Positions 1-12,281 are shown, numbered from the whole stretch's first letter. The stretch is 63,594 nucleotides of DNA, filler included, from Sanchytrium tribonematis (GCA_018985235.1; 8 parts of 8 records of this genome joined end to end with filler, not necessarily neighbours in it); one strand, 5' to 3'. Notes: a model not told the origin generated them from the letters alone. Translations and numbers: made by a program.

Positions 1-3000
1 AGACGTTTTAATTCTCTGGATGTTTTCAAATAATATGATGATATATAATAATAAATAATAGAAACTGGGACAACCGCGATTAAAAATAATGGCGTAATAG
101 AACTTATCAAAAACAGTATGCTGATGGTTCCCAATCCATTGTAAAGATAATAGCTCAATACACTACTCACTTCTCGATCGACAACTTGAATGTCTCTCGA
201 AAAACGATTGATGATTCTACCTAAAGGAGTTTTATCAAAAAATGAAATTGGCGCACGCAAAATTCTTTGAAGTAAAGCTCTATGAATTTCTCTTGAAGCT
301 TTAATGGACGCTAAAAATTGAACAACCATAAACACCAATTGCACCAATATGTTTCCAATTCCAATAGCAATATAACTATACATGTAAAAGTTTACATTTA
401 CCGAAGCTCCATGTACGTGAACGCTTTCATCTTGTGACAAACCGGCAGCTGCGTATGCAGTTGCCCATGTCTTGAGCCAATAATCTTGTCCTATGTTCAT
501 CAATTGCGAAATCAAGTTTCCGAGTACTAGAAATAGCCAAATGAAACCACCTCCAGAGACAGCAATATAGAAAAAGTAAACTTGCCATTCAACATCACCA
601 ACTGCTCTTTCTTCCTCTTGAACTAATTTGGTTCCTTTTTTCTGTTTTTTATAAGTGCTCAATTGTTTCTGCTTTTGCTGATTTAGTTCTGATTCGCTGG
701 TGGATTCATAATTCGAAGACAATACTTCGCTAGGTATATCTAAAAGTGCCAAATCTTCATCACTTAATGCTTGTCTTATTTGTTCAAGGGTTCCTTGTGC
801 AAGTACTCCACCGTCCCTCATCACTACTATATGATCTGCCTTGGGTAAGACAAGAGAAACCGAATGTGTTACCAATATTCGAGTTCTATTTCCCAAACCA
901 TTTAAGATGCAATTTTCAAACAAATGCTTTTGAGTAGGAGCGTCAACAGCGCTCAAGACATCATCAAGAATAACTACTCCCTTGTTACTGTAGTGGGCTC
1001 TAGCTAGCGCGACTCTTTGCTTTTGACCTAAGTAAGAAAAAATATACCTCCTGATAAATTAATGCCTTTTTCACCTATTTCAGTACAATCACCACCATCC
1101 AATATCTCTAAGTCTCTGTTGAGAGCACAGTCATATAAAGTGTTTTGGTATTTGTCCACATCCAAATCTTGTCCAAAAGTGATATTATCCCTGATGGTTG
1201 CATTCATTAGCCAAGCCTGTTGAGGCACATACGCCACCCCCTTTGACTTTTTTGGAATTGAATACTCTCCTTCAATCGTGTGCATTTCTCCTAGTAAAGC
1301 ACTTAGCAATGAAGTTTTTCCACATCCTGTTGGACCAATTATTACGGATAATTTGTTTTCAGGGAAAATAATATCCAAGTTGTTTATAGTGAAGCCAAAT
1401 TCATCTTCTGATGATTCGTCTCTTTTCCAGCCAAAAGAACCATTTTGAAAACCAATATATCCTTTTTCTAGTGGTTCTTGCATTTCACTTTGATCAAAAA
1501 ATCTTGCAATTCTTTCTACACTCACACTTGTCTCAAAATATCTTACAAATTGATCTGGAACATCGTACAAAGGCATTCGAAGTGTATAGAATAGCGAAAT
1601 GGTAGTGAATACATTTGTGGCAGTCAAAGTACCACCAGCAAATTTTGCATAAGCCACAAAAGTTAACAAACTCACTAAAATAGGAATCGAATGATAAATT
1701 ATCATCATAAGTGCCACAGTCAATAAAAACTTTCTCAAATACTTCAATTCATCTTCTCTTGTTTCAAGTAGTGACTTTTCAAATTTCTTTTCCCAAGCAA
1801 AGAATTTGACAATACGTATGCCTTGCAATAATTCATTCATTTTGGTGATTCTTCCATCAGTCCTTTTCATCAAATCATTTTGCTGATCCTCAACGACTTG
1901 TGCTAGCCATCTTTGGGTGGGGATAATAAATATCATGAGCAAGATACCACACAAAGCAGCCCATCCTAAAAATGTGTAAAGAGCCACGGTACAAATGATA
2001 ATTTGCATTGGTGTCGTAATCAACATATGTAAATAACAAACATAATCCAGACATTTTTGAGCATCAACAGCCATCAAATTCACTATCTCTCCAGTTGTGA
2101 TTTTAATATCTACACCATCTGTGCCTTTCTGTATTTCCTGATTTGATTTTCTACGTAGCGCTTTCTCATAAATTTCACCAATTAAAATAGCGCGAATTCG
2201 AGTCCCAACTCTTCTTCCCAAAAAATAAGTTCGACCATCACACATACTTTTGACAATCGCCAAGACGAACATGCAGATTAGAAACACATAGGGCATGTAC
2301 CATGGCAATGAACTTGGGTGTTGCAAAAAGTCCAGAATTCTGTTTAAGAAAAATGGACCGCTAAATGTCACTAAAGCACCGCACACCGCAAAGCCAATTT
2401 GCTGAAAAAGTACATTTTTTACAGCGTGGTAGAGTTTCACAATAAATCCAGTGTTTGGGTATTTTCCTTTCATGGATTCAAATAAAAGATTGTTACATTT
2501 AGCCTTATCTAGAGGATTAAGATCCCAGACATCTTCCATACTTAAAGAATTTTTATATCCAACATTGACAAGTGGAGTGAACCATCTGAAAGTGGCTAAT
2601 TCAAAAATGCTAGCAGAAACCTCAGTACTAGGCTCAACGAGCTTTTCGCTATCTTCTCTTTCTTCAATAATTGCCTCGTATCTATAAAAACACCAATGCT
2701 GCATGGATACCAAATTTAGAATTAAACTAATTCCAAAATGCAAATATGACACGACTTTTGAATAAACATCAGAACTAACATGGTATACGTTGTATGCGCT
2801 TGAAAATGTGCAAATTAAGAAAGCGAAATAAATTATCCCAGCTCTATTTGCAGTGTACTGACTAATCAAGAGAATACCACCAAGTGCTAGGGAGGACATT
2901 CCGAGAAAGAAAAACGACCACTGCAACACTATCAATTCTGCTATTGCTTTGATAACAAGCAGCAACGCAAAAATATATCTTACTTTTGGTTTGTGCTTTT

Positions 3001-3118
3001 CTATGGAAATGTCTCCAAGCAAATGGATACCTTCTTCTGAATTTTCTCTATTGTCCATTCTTTTTCTTGTGACGAAAAAAATAGTTAGCAATATTGTAGA
3101 CACAGCTGCAACAATCAT
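1..3118 (-). CDS. ABCC/MRP-type ABC transporter (Ybt1/Ycf1-like), 3'-partial; exons 3118-1048 and 1027-1
   Basis: TMD1, Walker A GPTGCGKTS; signature LSGG|QKQRVALAR restored by removing a 20-nt intron; Walker B ILDD; TMD2 FFDKTPLGRIINRFSRD. First ATG at 3118 (MIVAAV). Confidence 0.93.
1028..1047 (-). other. 20-nt spliceosomal intron GTATATTTTTTCTTACTTAG
   Basis: Removal restores the ABC signature LSGGQKQR. Confidence 0.95.
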
Positions 3119-3295
3119 ATTGTTTGAAGGTAATTTCCGTTTTGTACTATTTTTGGCAAATGATTTACCAATCAAGACATTCAGTTTCGCCAATTTGGCA
3201 ATAAGATGTTGCAATTGAAAAAATAGTTAAACACATCATTTCGTGATTTTGCTTAACAATATTAAATTTATTTATTCAAATATCGAATTGATACG

Positions 3296-5080
3296 ATGGG
3301 GGATCTGATGGGTGACCTTATACTGAATTGGAAAAGAGAATTATCTGAAGAGTTGGAGATTGAAAAACAGGAAGCAATTGACAATAAACAAGGAATAGCA
3401 GTGGATTTTGTTGATTCCTCTACAGGATTAAACTCAAGGTGTATTATTCAAATCAAGCCCACGAATCCACTGATAGATTGGACATTTAGAAATGGTGATA
3501 TAATTAAATTATTGAATTTAGATAAGAGTGCTATCGTTTATAAAGTCAATCAAAAGTTTTTGTATCTTTCGTTTGAGGAGGAATTAGATTTTGTGCACGA
3601 CAAAATCATAAAACTACCAAATGATATCATGTATAAAAGAGTATTTAAGGTTCTCGACGACTTGCATTGCATGGCTAATCCTAATGCATTAATGAACATT
3701 TGTTTTAAAAGTCATATTCCAAATTTTAGAAGCCTCCAGATTCAATTTTTTGATCAAACCCTTAATGATTCACAAAAGCTCGCTGTCAAAAAGTCTTTAC
3801 AATCACTAGATATTCATTTTATTCATGGACCACCTGGGACAGGGAAGACTAAAACACTAATTGAGATCATTAAGCAGTTATTTCAATCTAGAAAGAAAAT
3901 TCTTATTTGCGGTCCAAGTAATATTAGTGTCGATAATATTGTAGAAAGACTAAGCAAAGAAAACATTCCGTGTATAAGAATGGGACATCCTGCTAGGTTA
4001 TTGCAAACAGTGCAAGATAAAAGCTTGGAATATATTGTAGATAATTGTACTCACGGCGGTGAAGTTCTTTCTGACATTAAATTAGAAATTGAGGCTCTTT
4101 TAAGATCTGTGCATAAAGCTAAATCGGGTAAGGAGAAATTTGACATTTATAAGGAAATTCGATCGCTACGAAAAGAGTTCAACCACAGAGAGAGAAAGGT
4201 TGTATTTGAAACAATTGAGCAGCACCACATTCATTGTTCAACACTGTCAAATTGTTTGAATCGAAATTTAAGCCAACAATATGATTGTGTATTGGTTGAC
4301 GAAGCTGCTCAGTGTACAGAACCTGAACTATGGCTTGGGCTGGCAAAATCTTCAAAAGCTATCATTGCCGGAGATCCTTATCAATTGCCGCCCGTCATTA
4401 AATCAAAAACCACTGGCAGATTGTCAATTTCTTTAATGGAGCGAATGCTTGATTTGAAAATTCCTCAACTTTTTACAATGCTTACTGTTCAATACCGCAT
4501 GAACAAATACATTAATCAATTTCCATCAAAGCATATGTATCAGAACAAACTAATTCCTGATGTTTCTTGTGCTAATAGAATTATAACTGACTACAACAAC
4601 ATTATTAAGAGTGATGAATTAAAATTCCCTGTTGTATTTTATGACAATTTACAAACATGTTGCGAGCTTGAGGATGAAAATGGTAGCAAATACAATGAGG
4701 CAGAAATTGATAATGTTTGTTTATTATTGGATGAGTTATTGGATTACGAAATCCCCGCCAAATTTATTGGGGTAATAGCGGCTTATAACGCTCAAGTCTC
4801 TAGATTGAGATCTAGAATTTCAAATCAGGAAATAGAAATAAGTACTGTGGATGGCTATCAAGGCCGAGAAAAAGAGGTCATAATTATTTCGACTGTAAGA
4901 TGTAATGACATGCACGAGGTTGGCTTTTTAAGCGACAAAAGACGAATGAATGTTGCAGTTAGTCGAGCTAAACATCTATTGTTTATTTTTGGTGATTCAG
5001 AAACAATGGAAAGAGACAGGTTTTTAAAAGATATGGTTGACTGGGCTTCTTCTTTTGATATAAGATATTTCAATGCATAA
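3296..5080 (+). CDS. HCS1: Upf1-like SF1 helicase, Hcs1/IGHMBP2 family
   Basis: GPPGTGKT, PSNISVDN, DEAAQ, GDPYQLPP, QYRMN, TVDGYQGREK, RRMNVAVSRAK. Confidence 0.85.
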   Translation: MGDLMGDLILNWKRELSEELEIEKQEAIDNKQGIAVDFVDSSTGLNSRCIIQIKPTNPLIDWTFRNGDIIKLLNLDKSAIVYKVNQKFLYLSFEEELDFVHDKIIKLPNDIMYKRVFKVLDDLHCMANPNALMNICFKSHIPNFRSLQIQFFDQTLNDSQKLAVKKSLQSLDIHFIHGPPGTGKTKTLIEIIKQLFQSRKKILICGPSNISVDNIVERLSKENIPCIRMGHPARLLQTVQDKSLEYIVDNCTHGGEVLSDIKLEIEALLRSVHKAKSGKEKFDIYKEIRSLRKEFNHRERKVVFETIEQHHIHCSTLSNCLNRNLSQQYDCVLVDEAAQCTEPELWLGLAKSSKAIIAGDPYQLPPVIKSKTTGRLSISLMERMLDLKIPQLFTMLTVQYRMNKYINQFPSKHMYQNKLIPDVSCANRIITDYNNIIKSDELKFPVVFYDNLQTCCELEDENGSKYNEAEIDNVCLLLDELLDYEIPAKFIGVIAAYNAQVSRLRSRISNQEIEISTVDGYQGREKEVIIISTVRCNDMHEVGFLSDKRRMNVAVSRAKHLLFIFGDSETMERDRFLKDMVDWASSFDIRYFNA

Positions 5081-6506
5081 CATTATGCAATATTTCTATC
5101 CACGATTCGAGACTTTCCAACGAGAATTTAATTGATTTCAAAGGCTTTTGACTTTTTAAAACAATGTCACCTTGAATGGTCTCTTGAAGAACAAAGCTTG
5201 AATTCTCATATACTGAAACCAATTTGAATCTATTAAAATAAACCCCAGATTGTGGTGCTCCTTTCAGTTCATTATCCAAACATTCAAAAATAAAGCCAAA
5301 TATAAATTGAGACAAATAACTAATAGGAAAATTTCTTCCCAGTTCATCTTCAAAACTTGACCAGTCACTTATAAAGACAGAATGTTTCATTTTTTTGCAC
5401 TTTATGCTAATTTTTAGTTCGTCCCACACAATAGAAAAGCCAGTCAAGAGTTTGAAGTTTGAAAATTTCGCGAGCACAGATTCGATTTTGCCTCTTTGTA
5501 CATACTCTAAAAGAATCTCTCGAAATGAACTAAATAGACCCGCAGAGCGCAGGTCTTGGAAATATCTAGCTTTTTTACATAACTCATGTGCAATTTTGTG
5601 TAAATTTTCACTTTCCATAATATCTTCGTCGTCGAATTCACCTACAAATAGAGTTAACTTTACAATATTAAGACCAGGATATTTCCATTCCCAGTAGATC
5701 GTGTCTTGAATAATATCAACGCTAACATCCTCCGTTTCTATACTTGGATCTCCTTTATACGAAGTGCTAGACTGATCTCTACTTTCAAGAACTAGTCTGT
5801 AAATCAAGTCGTGAAGCATTGTGGAAAACTGACATTGATCAAGCTCTTCTAATATTTCGCCAAAATCGCTTCTATTTTTAACCACTTCCATTTTATAAAA
5901 ACAAACCTGATCGTTGAATTCTAACTTAAGTTTCGATTTAGCAAAAGGAAAATAAAAACTAACATAGGGTCTATGAATGGCTCTCTTGTAATTACCTCTC
6001 AAGTATTCTGCTTTGGATTCAAGTTTATCATGTCTACGTAATAGTATTTTATAGTCCATAATTAAGTGAATATAATAGCAATCCTTTATAAAATGAGCAC
6101 TTAATGGTTGTTGTAGAATCCATTGGTGATTCCTAAGAGGGAATGCATAATTGATGAAAAAGTCATGATCCTCCATGACACCCTGTTTGTACATCTCAAG
6201 CCTTCTACTAAGTTGCGTCGCAATTCTTGACAATTGCTGCTTTCTCATAGCTACAGTAAGTCGGTGGTCTTTAACACCAGGTGATTGCTTTTCTGCAACC
6301 CTCACTGATGCTATTTCCTTCTTCTGAATTTTCTCAAACACTTCTTTCATGATTTGAACTTGTTCTTTTGCGTACACAATGTCGGGCGTAAGATTTTTGC
6401 CTGCCTTTTGGCTACTTTTAAATTGGATCAAGAACGGATCAAATTCACTAAATGATGCACCCTGATCATCATTGTCAAAGATAGCCAATTGAGTAAGTCC
6501 ATACAT
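5070..6506 (-). CDS. Hypothetical protein, possibly Mediator subunit Med17/Srb4
   Basis: Long ORF; KQQLSRIATQLSRRLE...HDFF...LRNHQWIL loosely resembles a Med17 helix. Confidence 0.4.
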   Translation of the reverse strand: MYGLTQLAIFDNDDQGASFSEFDPFLIQFKSSQKAGKNLTPDIVYAKEQVQIMKEVFEKIQKKEIASVRVAEKQSPGVKDHRLTVAMRKQQLSRIATQLSRRLEMYKQGVMEDHDFFINYAFPLRNHQWILQQPLSAHFIKDCYYIHLIMDYKILLRRHDKLESKAEYLRGNYKRAIHRPYVSFYFPFAKSKLKLEFNDQVCFYKMEVVKNRSDFGEILEELDQCQFSTMLHDLIYRLVLESRDQSSTSYKGDPSIETEDVSVDIIQDTIYWEWKYPGLNIVKLTLFVGEFDDEDIMESENLHKIAHELCKKARYFQDLRSAGLFSSFREILLEYVQRGKIESVLAKFSNFKLLTGFSIVWDELKISIKCKKMKHSVFISDWSSFEDELGRNFPISYLSQFIFGFIFECLDNELKGAPQSGVYFNRFKLVSVYENSSFVLQETIQGDIVLKSQKPLKSIKFSLESLESWIEILHNVMH

Positions 6507-6534
6507 CCTCAGTTTCAAAAATTTATTTAACTTC

Positions 6535-7926
6535 TCAATTCAATTTCCAATTTTCCAAGGCATCTTTATTGCTCAAAAATGCCGTATTATTGATTTTAAT
6601 AGATTCTTCTGTCTCATTTTTCTTTCTTTGATAGTGAGAACTATTTTTGCAGATTTCATTTAATTCCTGGATCAGTTTAACATCATGGCGATATTGCAAT
6701 GAATTTTTTATCAAACCTGCAAGATAGTCCGGACAACCGTGATATTTTTTCTCAAATTTGCCAAAATTATTTTTCAAAAATGTCCAAATTAAGGCGTAGT
6801 TTTTATGATTTTTCATTACTCTTCTGAAAAGATAATGTACATCTTGAGATTTGATGATATTCTCATCAAAGCAAAAGTGAAAAACTTTCTCGAGTAAGGC
6901 AGGATCTCCAATTGCCGCAAAAGAGCTTAAAATTGAATATTTGTAGTCAATATTTGAGGTGGACTTATATTCTGAGAACAAGAATTCAAAAGAACTCTGT
7001 AACGTAGCTCCGTTCTGCTGAAAAAGAACAACAGAGAATACGCTGGACCAAAGAGAAGGATGAATTTCTTTCCCGCATTTCACACTCTCAAATAAACTCA
7101 AGCATTTTTCAACAACTTGATTGTAATTAGCAAAACCAAGCTGTTGAATTAGTACTGGTCTTGTTAGACTACTCTCAACATTGTCACTATATTCAAATCC
7201 GACGAATTCAAAAGATGGCTGAAGCAGGTGAATTTTTAGTTGATCAATTTTGTTTCTAATGTGTTCTGGAAAAGTGACCATCAATTTATCCAAATATAAG
7301 CACAATTCAGAGATCACTACAAAGTGAAGGTTTTGCTTTACATTTTTAATAGTATCAAAAGATAGTGACAAGGGAATATAGGATGATATGCCCAAAGCTA
7401 AAATATCTGAAAGAAATGAAAACTGGTCAGAAGAGGTGAGCATATCAAAATTCTCAGAAATAAGCTTATAATCAACTATTCCGTATCGAACTCTAGCAAA
7501 ACCGTCGCAATTCGAATTAATAAAGGCCCATTTGACTTCTTTTTCGAATTTGAAATCGAATTTGGATGACCTTTTGTCAAAAACAACTTGCTGGGTTTTA
7601 AAGCTTCCATCCTTAAACAAGACTTTAATTTTTAATGGGACCCACCATAGTTCAGAACCCAATGCTTGTTTTTTTAATTCATAAAATCGCTCCTGCTTCA
7701 AGTCAAGGCTAACTTCACTGCCACTGATCTGAGACTCGACCGTGATCAAGGGATATCCAGTCTGTAAAATCCATCCGTCCATAAAAGATTTGATGTCTTT
7801 GGAAGAAGCAACGGAAAGATGTTTCCAAAGATCGTCAGCAGAAGCATTCCCATATTTGAATTCTTGAATGTAACTTTTAACACCTTTTAAAAACACTGGC
7901 AAAGTCAACCAACTAGAGAGCATTTT
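6535..7926 (-). CDS. M1 aminopeptidase (Ape2/puromycin-sensitive type), C-terminal part, 5'-partial
   Basis: YGNASADDLW, MDGWILQTGYPLITV, LWWVPL, GFARVRY, ERAP1_C-like helical tail. Confidence 0.88.
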   Translation of the reverse strand, partial: KMLSSWLTLPVFLKGVKSYIQEFKYGNASADDLWKHLSVASSKDIKSFMDGWILQTGYPLITVESQISGSEVSLDLKQERFYELKKQALGSELWWVPLKIKVLFKDGSFKTQQVVFDKRSSKFDFKFEKEVKWAFINSNCDGFARVRYGIVDYKLISENFDMLTSSDQFSFLSDILALGISSYIPLSLSFDTIKNVKQNLHFVVISELCLYLDKLMVTFPEHIRNKIDQLKIHLLQPSFEFVGFEYSDNVESSLTRPVLIQQLGFANYNQVVEKCLSLFESVKCGKEIHPSLWSSVFSVVLFQQNGATLQSSFEFLFSEYKSTSNIDYKYSILSSFAAIGDPALLEKVFHFCFDENIIKSQDVHYLFRRVMKNHKNYALIWTFLKNNFGKFEKKYHGCPDYLAGLIKNSLQYRHDVKLIQELNEICKNSSHYQRKKNETEESIKINNTAFLSNKDALENWKLN

Positions 7927-8026
7927 NNNNNNNNNNNNNNNNNNNNNNNNNNNNNNNNNNNNNNNNNNNNTTAATTAATTAANNNNNNNNNNNNNNNNNN
8001 NNNNNNNNNNNNNNNNNNNNNNNNNN
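7927..8026. other. Artificial contig linker (also 15939-16038, 23950-24049, 31942-32041, 39880-39979, 47814-47913, 55710-55809)
   Basis: N44-TTAATTAATTAA-N44; contig lengths fall monotonically 7926, 7912, 7911, 7892, 7838, 7834, 7796, 7785. Confidence 0.98.
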
Positions 8027-9005
8027 AGATTAAATTTGCTTGAGTATGAGCGGCCTGGGATTCCGATTTTGAATTTTGTGGAACAGACTTATTGATTTTG
8101 AAGTTTGAAATTAGCTCCTGCATTTCTATATCCTCTTCTTGTTTTGGCCTCTTAAAATTGCGACTCTCGCTTCCCAATATTTTTCTTTTATTTGACTCCT
8201 TTAAGGTAGAAGATACTTCTTTAATTTTCAAATCTTCAATTTTATCTAATTTCTTATCAGCTAAATATTCTTCGAGAGCGGTTGTGTGTATAACATATTT
8301 CTCAGACAGCGCAACTGGTGCCTTTTGGGAAGTCATCTTAACGGTGAACTCTAGCTTTCGAGAATTAAGATTCTTGTGACGCAAAATGACAGAAATTTCA
8401 TTTTGTAATAGCTCATACATTTTATCTACAAATGTAAAGCCAAGGGTATTTTCCACGATTTCTCTTATGCATTTCGTAGTTAATGTACGATTTGTTTCAT
8501 TCGTTACAACGAAATTACTACTTTGCTTCCACCTGCATTTAAACGATACAACCGGAACTCTTAAAGAAGTAGTTTTCTCCAGCAATAAATTATAACCAGG
8601 TACAACATCCATGAAGATATCCATAAAGACATTCTTCTTAAAATCATCTGCACTAATATTTTGCTGAGCATAATATTCCTCCAAAAATTCAGAAATAGTC
8701 TCATTTGCTTCTGGTTCTTCACTTGGCTGAGGAAAAGACAACCATTTCACATTGTACATAATAAATGCCTTGCCATCATTCACTTCAACTCTATGGCCAA
8801 TAATTTTGTCAACCTGAAATTCCTCTTCCGCTGCTTGGTCTAGAATCTCTTCGGTTATTTCGTTGTTCTTTTTCCATTCTTTAGCGAGCATGTTTCTCAA
8901 ATCAGTCATTCCTTTATTAGCACAGTCATAACCGTATGCGGAAATAATTGTGACCAGTTCTGTCTTGTTGTACTTTTTGATAACATCTAAGTCAACTTTT
9001 GCCAT
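8027..9005 (-). CDS. Chromodomain protein with N-terminal SAP/HeH-like helix pair, 3'-partial
   Basis: EEEFQVDKIIGHR...YNVKWLSFPQPSEEPEAN; N-terminal YNKTELVTIISAYG...KGMTDLRNML. Confidence 0.7.
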
Positions 9006-9029
9006 TTCCTACACTCGGAGATCACAGCA

Positions 9030-9668
9030 ATGATTTGTGTACTTATTCACTTGAACCAACTTTCTCCGGCAGTTATTCAACAAATACTAATATATATCAA
9101 CAGCCTTATAGCTATAGAGATGGATGTCAAGGTTATTGTATGCTTTGCTGGTGACATAGAAGTGACAGATGCCAAATCTTTCTCACAATTAGAAAATTTC
9201 ATCCGAAATTTAAGGCCACCAAAAAACCGAGCCTCGCCTCTAGATGCGGCTATTTCTTTGGCTTTATTACAGTTGAGAAATCATACAGGTGATAGAAAAT
9301 TAGTAATAATTAATGCCATACCAGATAATGATGCGCAATATATTTCGATGATGAACTGTATTTTTTCAAGTCAAAAACTCAATGTTTCTATTGACAGTAT
9401 TGTACTGACACCTAGTATTTACCTTCAGCAGGCTGCATTTATCACGAATGGCCTTTATTTGGAAGTTGAAGAATTGGAAATTTTGCAGAAATTATTGGAA
9501 TGTATCCCTTTTAAAAGTAGTAGAAGATTACGAATGACTAAAGTAGATTTTAGAGCTACCTGTTTTTGTCACAGGAAAACCATAGATATTGGATATGTCT
9601 GCAGTGTATGTCTCTCTATTTTTTGCGAACAGTGTAAAGAATGTAAAACTTGCAAAACTTTATTTTGA
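9030..9668 (+). CDS. TFB4: TFIIH subunit Tfb4/p34
   Basis: QYISMMNCIFSSQK, YLQQAAFITNGLY, VDFRATCFCH...GYVCSVCLSIFC. Confidence 0.93.
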   Translation: MICVLIHLNQLSPAVIQQILIYINSLIAIEMDVKVIVCFAGDIEVTDAKSFSQLENFIRNLRPPKNRASPLDAAISLALLQLRNHTGDRKLVIINAIPDNDAQYISMMNCIFSSQKLNVSIDSIVLTPSIYLQQAAFITNGLYLEVEELEILQKLLECIPFKSSRRLRMTKVDFRATCFCHRKTIDIGYVCSVCLSIFCEQCKECKTCKTLF

Positions 9669-10389
9669 TCACAACTTAGCATATCTTTGAAATAGGCGCA
9701 TGTCAACAACACCAGGATGCTCTGTCAAGGCCTTGATGGTATCTGAATAAAGAGAGTGTTTAATTAAGCCATAAATTTTAGGCGCTTTCACAGTTGTTTT
9801 TAAAAATTCTAGGTTTGTAATATGTTCCATGGCCATTTCTGGCGAATCGACTTTTTTATCAACAAATCCGTATTCTAAACATTCTTCAGCTTTGAATTTC
9901 CTTCCAAACAAAAGCGTGTCTCTTAAAATTTGTGGATCCTTGATTCTTAATCGAACCATTGCAACCATTCCCTTAGCAATAGGTGATGGCAAATGAATTT
10001 CATTCATTTGGAAGTAGCCTTTAGTTATGATTCTGTAATCATGGCAAAATGAAAACATCATTCCACCTGCAATGCATGGACCTTTATGAAAATAAATAAC
10101 CATTGATTATCGCAACTGTTAAATACGGCAACGTCAACCATCTTTGACAAAGAGGATGGTAATGGTCTCCAATGAATGTTAAATCATTTAAAACGTGCTT
10201 TAGATCCAGACCAGCAGAATAAACATTTGGCCCAGTGGTGATTATAATGTTCTTTTTCGACCCATCAATGCCATCCAAAATCGAGTGTATGTTTGAACAA
10301 AATTCAGCGTTGAAGGTATTGGCTTTTCTGCTAAAATTGAGAATATGAAATGAGTAACCATCTTTTTCTAGAATTTTATAATCGATCAT
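9669..10389 (-). CDS. Crotonase-family enoyl-CoA hydratase/isomerase; exons 10389-10101, 10081-9669
   Basis: YSAGLDL; TVAIING|PCIAGG after splicing; QMNEIHL. Confidence 0.88.
10082..10100 (-). other. 19-nt intron GTTATTTATTTTCATAAAG
   Basis: Joins two ORFs at the conserved INGPCIAGG motif. Confidence 0.93.
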
Positions 10390-10416
10390 TTCTCCGTAGT
10401 TTCTTTGACAAAATTT

Positions 10417-11482
10417 ATGGATTTTTACTTGGGAAGATCTGTTGTAAAAACAGATGAGAAAAAGGAAATAAAAGCGGCCAAAACAGATGCTACTGATGAG
10501 GTTTTAATAATGCTATTTTCAACACTTGATTTAAAAAAATTAATTGCAAAGCTTTTAATTAATTGTTTATTGAAAGTCACAATGAATTTATCATGGAGCG
10601 ACTTTGTTTCTTTATCGCTTATGATAATAATGATGAGGCATCCAATGATTAGATTCGCTTATAATTTATTTGTGGGATATTTAGTAGATGAAGTTGCAAT
10701 TGCAGTTTTGGTTTGTTTTTTCGAATTTTACGAGGAACCGATTCAGTTTACTGGTGAACATACACTATTTAATACTACATTTTACTATTTGAACACTAGC
10801 TATGGAACTTTGATGGGAATATTCAATTCTCTTGTATTTTATTTTGCGTGCTTGTTTATGGATATTCAAGTACCTGTGACTCGAGTTTTTAAACAAATCA
10901 CACTATGTATTTTTTTATATTTCATAAGAGTTTTAAATTATAAAAAAAAGAAGCATCCCACTGACATCATTTTCGAACAATCTTCTAGAAAACTTTTATA
11001 TAAAGATTCTAAAAAGTTAGATCTAACTATAAAAGAGTATTGCAGAATAATTGATTCTGCTACTGCACTTAGAAAAAATAATTTGGAAGGAACGAAGATA
11101 AAAAATATCGATCTGCTGTTCAATATACGTGCTTTATATGTCCTCCTTTCCAAGGCTGAATACGAGGATTTGGACTCTAATGTTTCTCAACACTTCATTT
11201 TATGCATGACCACATTTTTCAAAGCTTATTTAAATTTGGTTCCTCGAATAACTCCTAATGTTATAGGGACTCAATGGAAAGCAGAAGTGAGAAGCGATTC
11301 GAAAGGTCCTATCTACCTGGACGACTCAAAATGCAAAGTTATTGAAGGTACTTTTTATTGAATTAGAATTAACTTCAGACATATATGCGCTTTGTAATCA
11401 ATACCGGCCAAGACTCGAAATGCAAATTTTCGACTCTGAAATATCTACACTTTTAAAAAGATTTCAGCAATATAAAGAGTAA
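10417..11482 (+). CDS. NDC1: Putative reduced nucleoporin Ndc1; exons 10417-11347, 11367-11482
   Basis: N-terminal TM bundle; IRALYVLLSKAEYEDLDSNVSQ and spliced end LTSDIYAL...LLKRFQQYKE resemble the Ndc1 C-terminal motifs. Confidence 0.55.
11348..11366 (+). other. 19-nt intron GTACTTTTTATTGAATTAG
   Basis: Removes the stop and opens a terminal exon that fills the gap to the next gene. Confidence 0.85.
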
Positions 11483-11486
11483 ACAT

Positions 11487-12245
11487 CTACTTTTCCATCA
11501 GCTGATAGATCAAATTTTCACATTTGATGATCTGCTTTTCTAAAATTTTGTTTTTCTTATTTAGCTCTTGTATTTCCGCATTTGATTTCAACTCAAACCG
11601 ATTTCTGTCTTCTAAAATGTTGATTTTGGTTTGAATCTCAAGATTTTCAATCTTGGCTTTCAAAAATTCAACCTGTTCCGATTTGGATTTTAACTTTTCA
11701 TTTAAAGCATAAATGGATTCGCCAGCACCAACAGCAATGGGTTTGACTAAAGCCTTATGCTTCGATATTTGGGTTTTGATTGAATTTAGTTCATATTTCA
11801 TTCCATTCACCTCTTCCTTCTGGCTTTTGTAAATTACTTTTAAACTACTCACTTCGGAATTTAAACTTTTGTTTTCTATTTTTATTTCAGACAGACAATC
11901 TTTCAATATAGAATTTTCTTTTTCTAATTTGGAAATTGTTTCTTGCAAATCAAATTGCTTTCTTCGCTCAATACGCAAATCTTCCTCAAATTTTTCCTTT
12001 AAAGATTGAATTTTATAGTTGTATTCGATTAAATGTAGATCGATTCTGTTATTATTAACGTTAAAGTCATCTTTTGAAAAACGAAGAGACTTGTTTTTCT
12101 TATTCTTAAGTCTATCAAAAAGAACATCATTTTGTATTTTGAGCTGAATCAACTGCTCATCCTTCATTCTTAATTGCCTGGATTGATTTTTTTGAAATAA
12201 TAATTCTGTTCTTTGAAATTTGAGTTGAGCTTCAAAATCTGACAT
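11487..12245 (-). CDS. Coiled-coil hypothetical protein
   Basis: 252-aa K/E/Q/L heptad-rich ORF. Confidence 0.65.
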   Translation of the reverse strand: MSDFEAQLKFQRTELLFQKNQSRQLRMKDEQLIQLKIQNDVLFDRLKNKKNKSLRFSKDDFNVNNNRIDLHLIEYNYKIQSLKEKFEEDLRIERRKQFDLQETISKLEKENSILKDCLSEIKIENKSLNSEVSSLKVIYKSQKEEVNGMKYELNSIKTQISKHKALVKPIAVGAGESIYALNEKLKSKSEQVEFLKAKIENLEIQTKINILEDRNRFELKSNAEIQELNKKNKILEKQIIKCENLIYQLMEK

Positions 12246-12281
12246 TTTGGCCTATAAATTTGGAAGGGTTTTTATTGGGAA

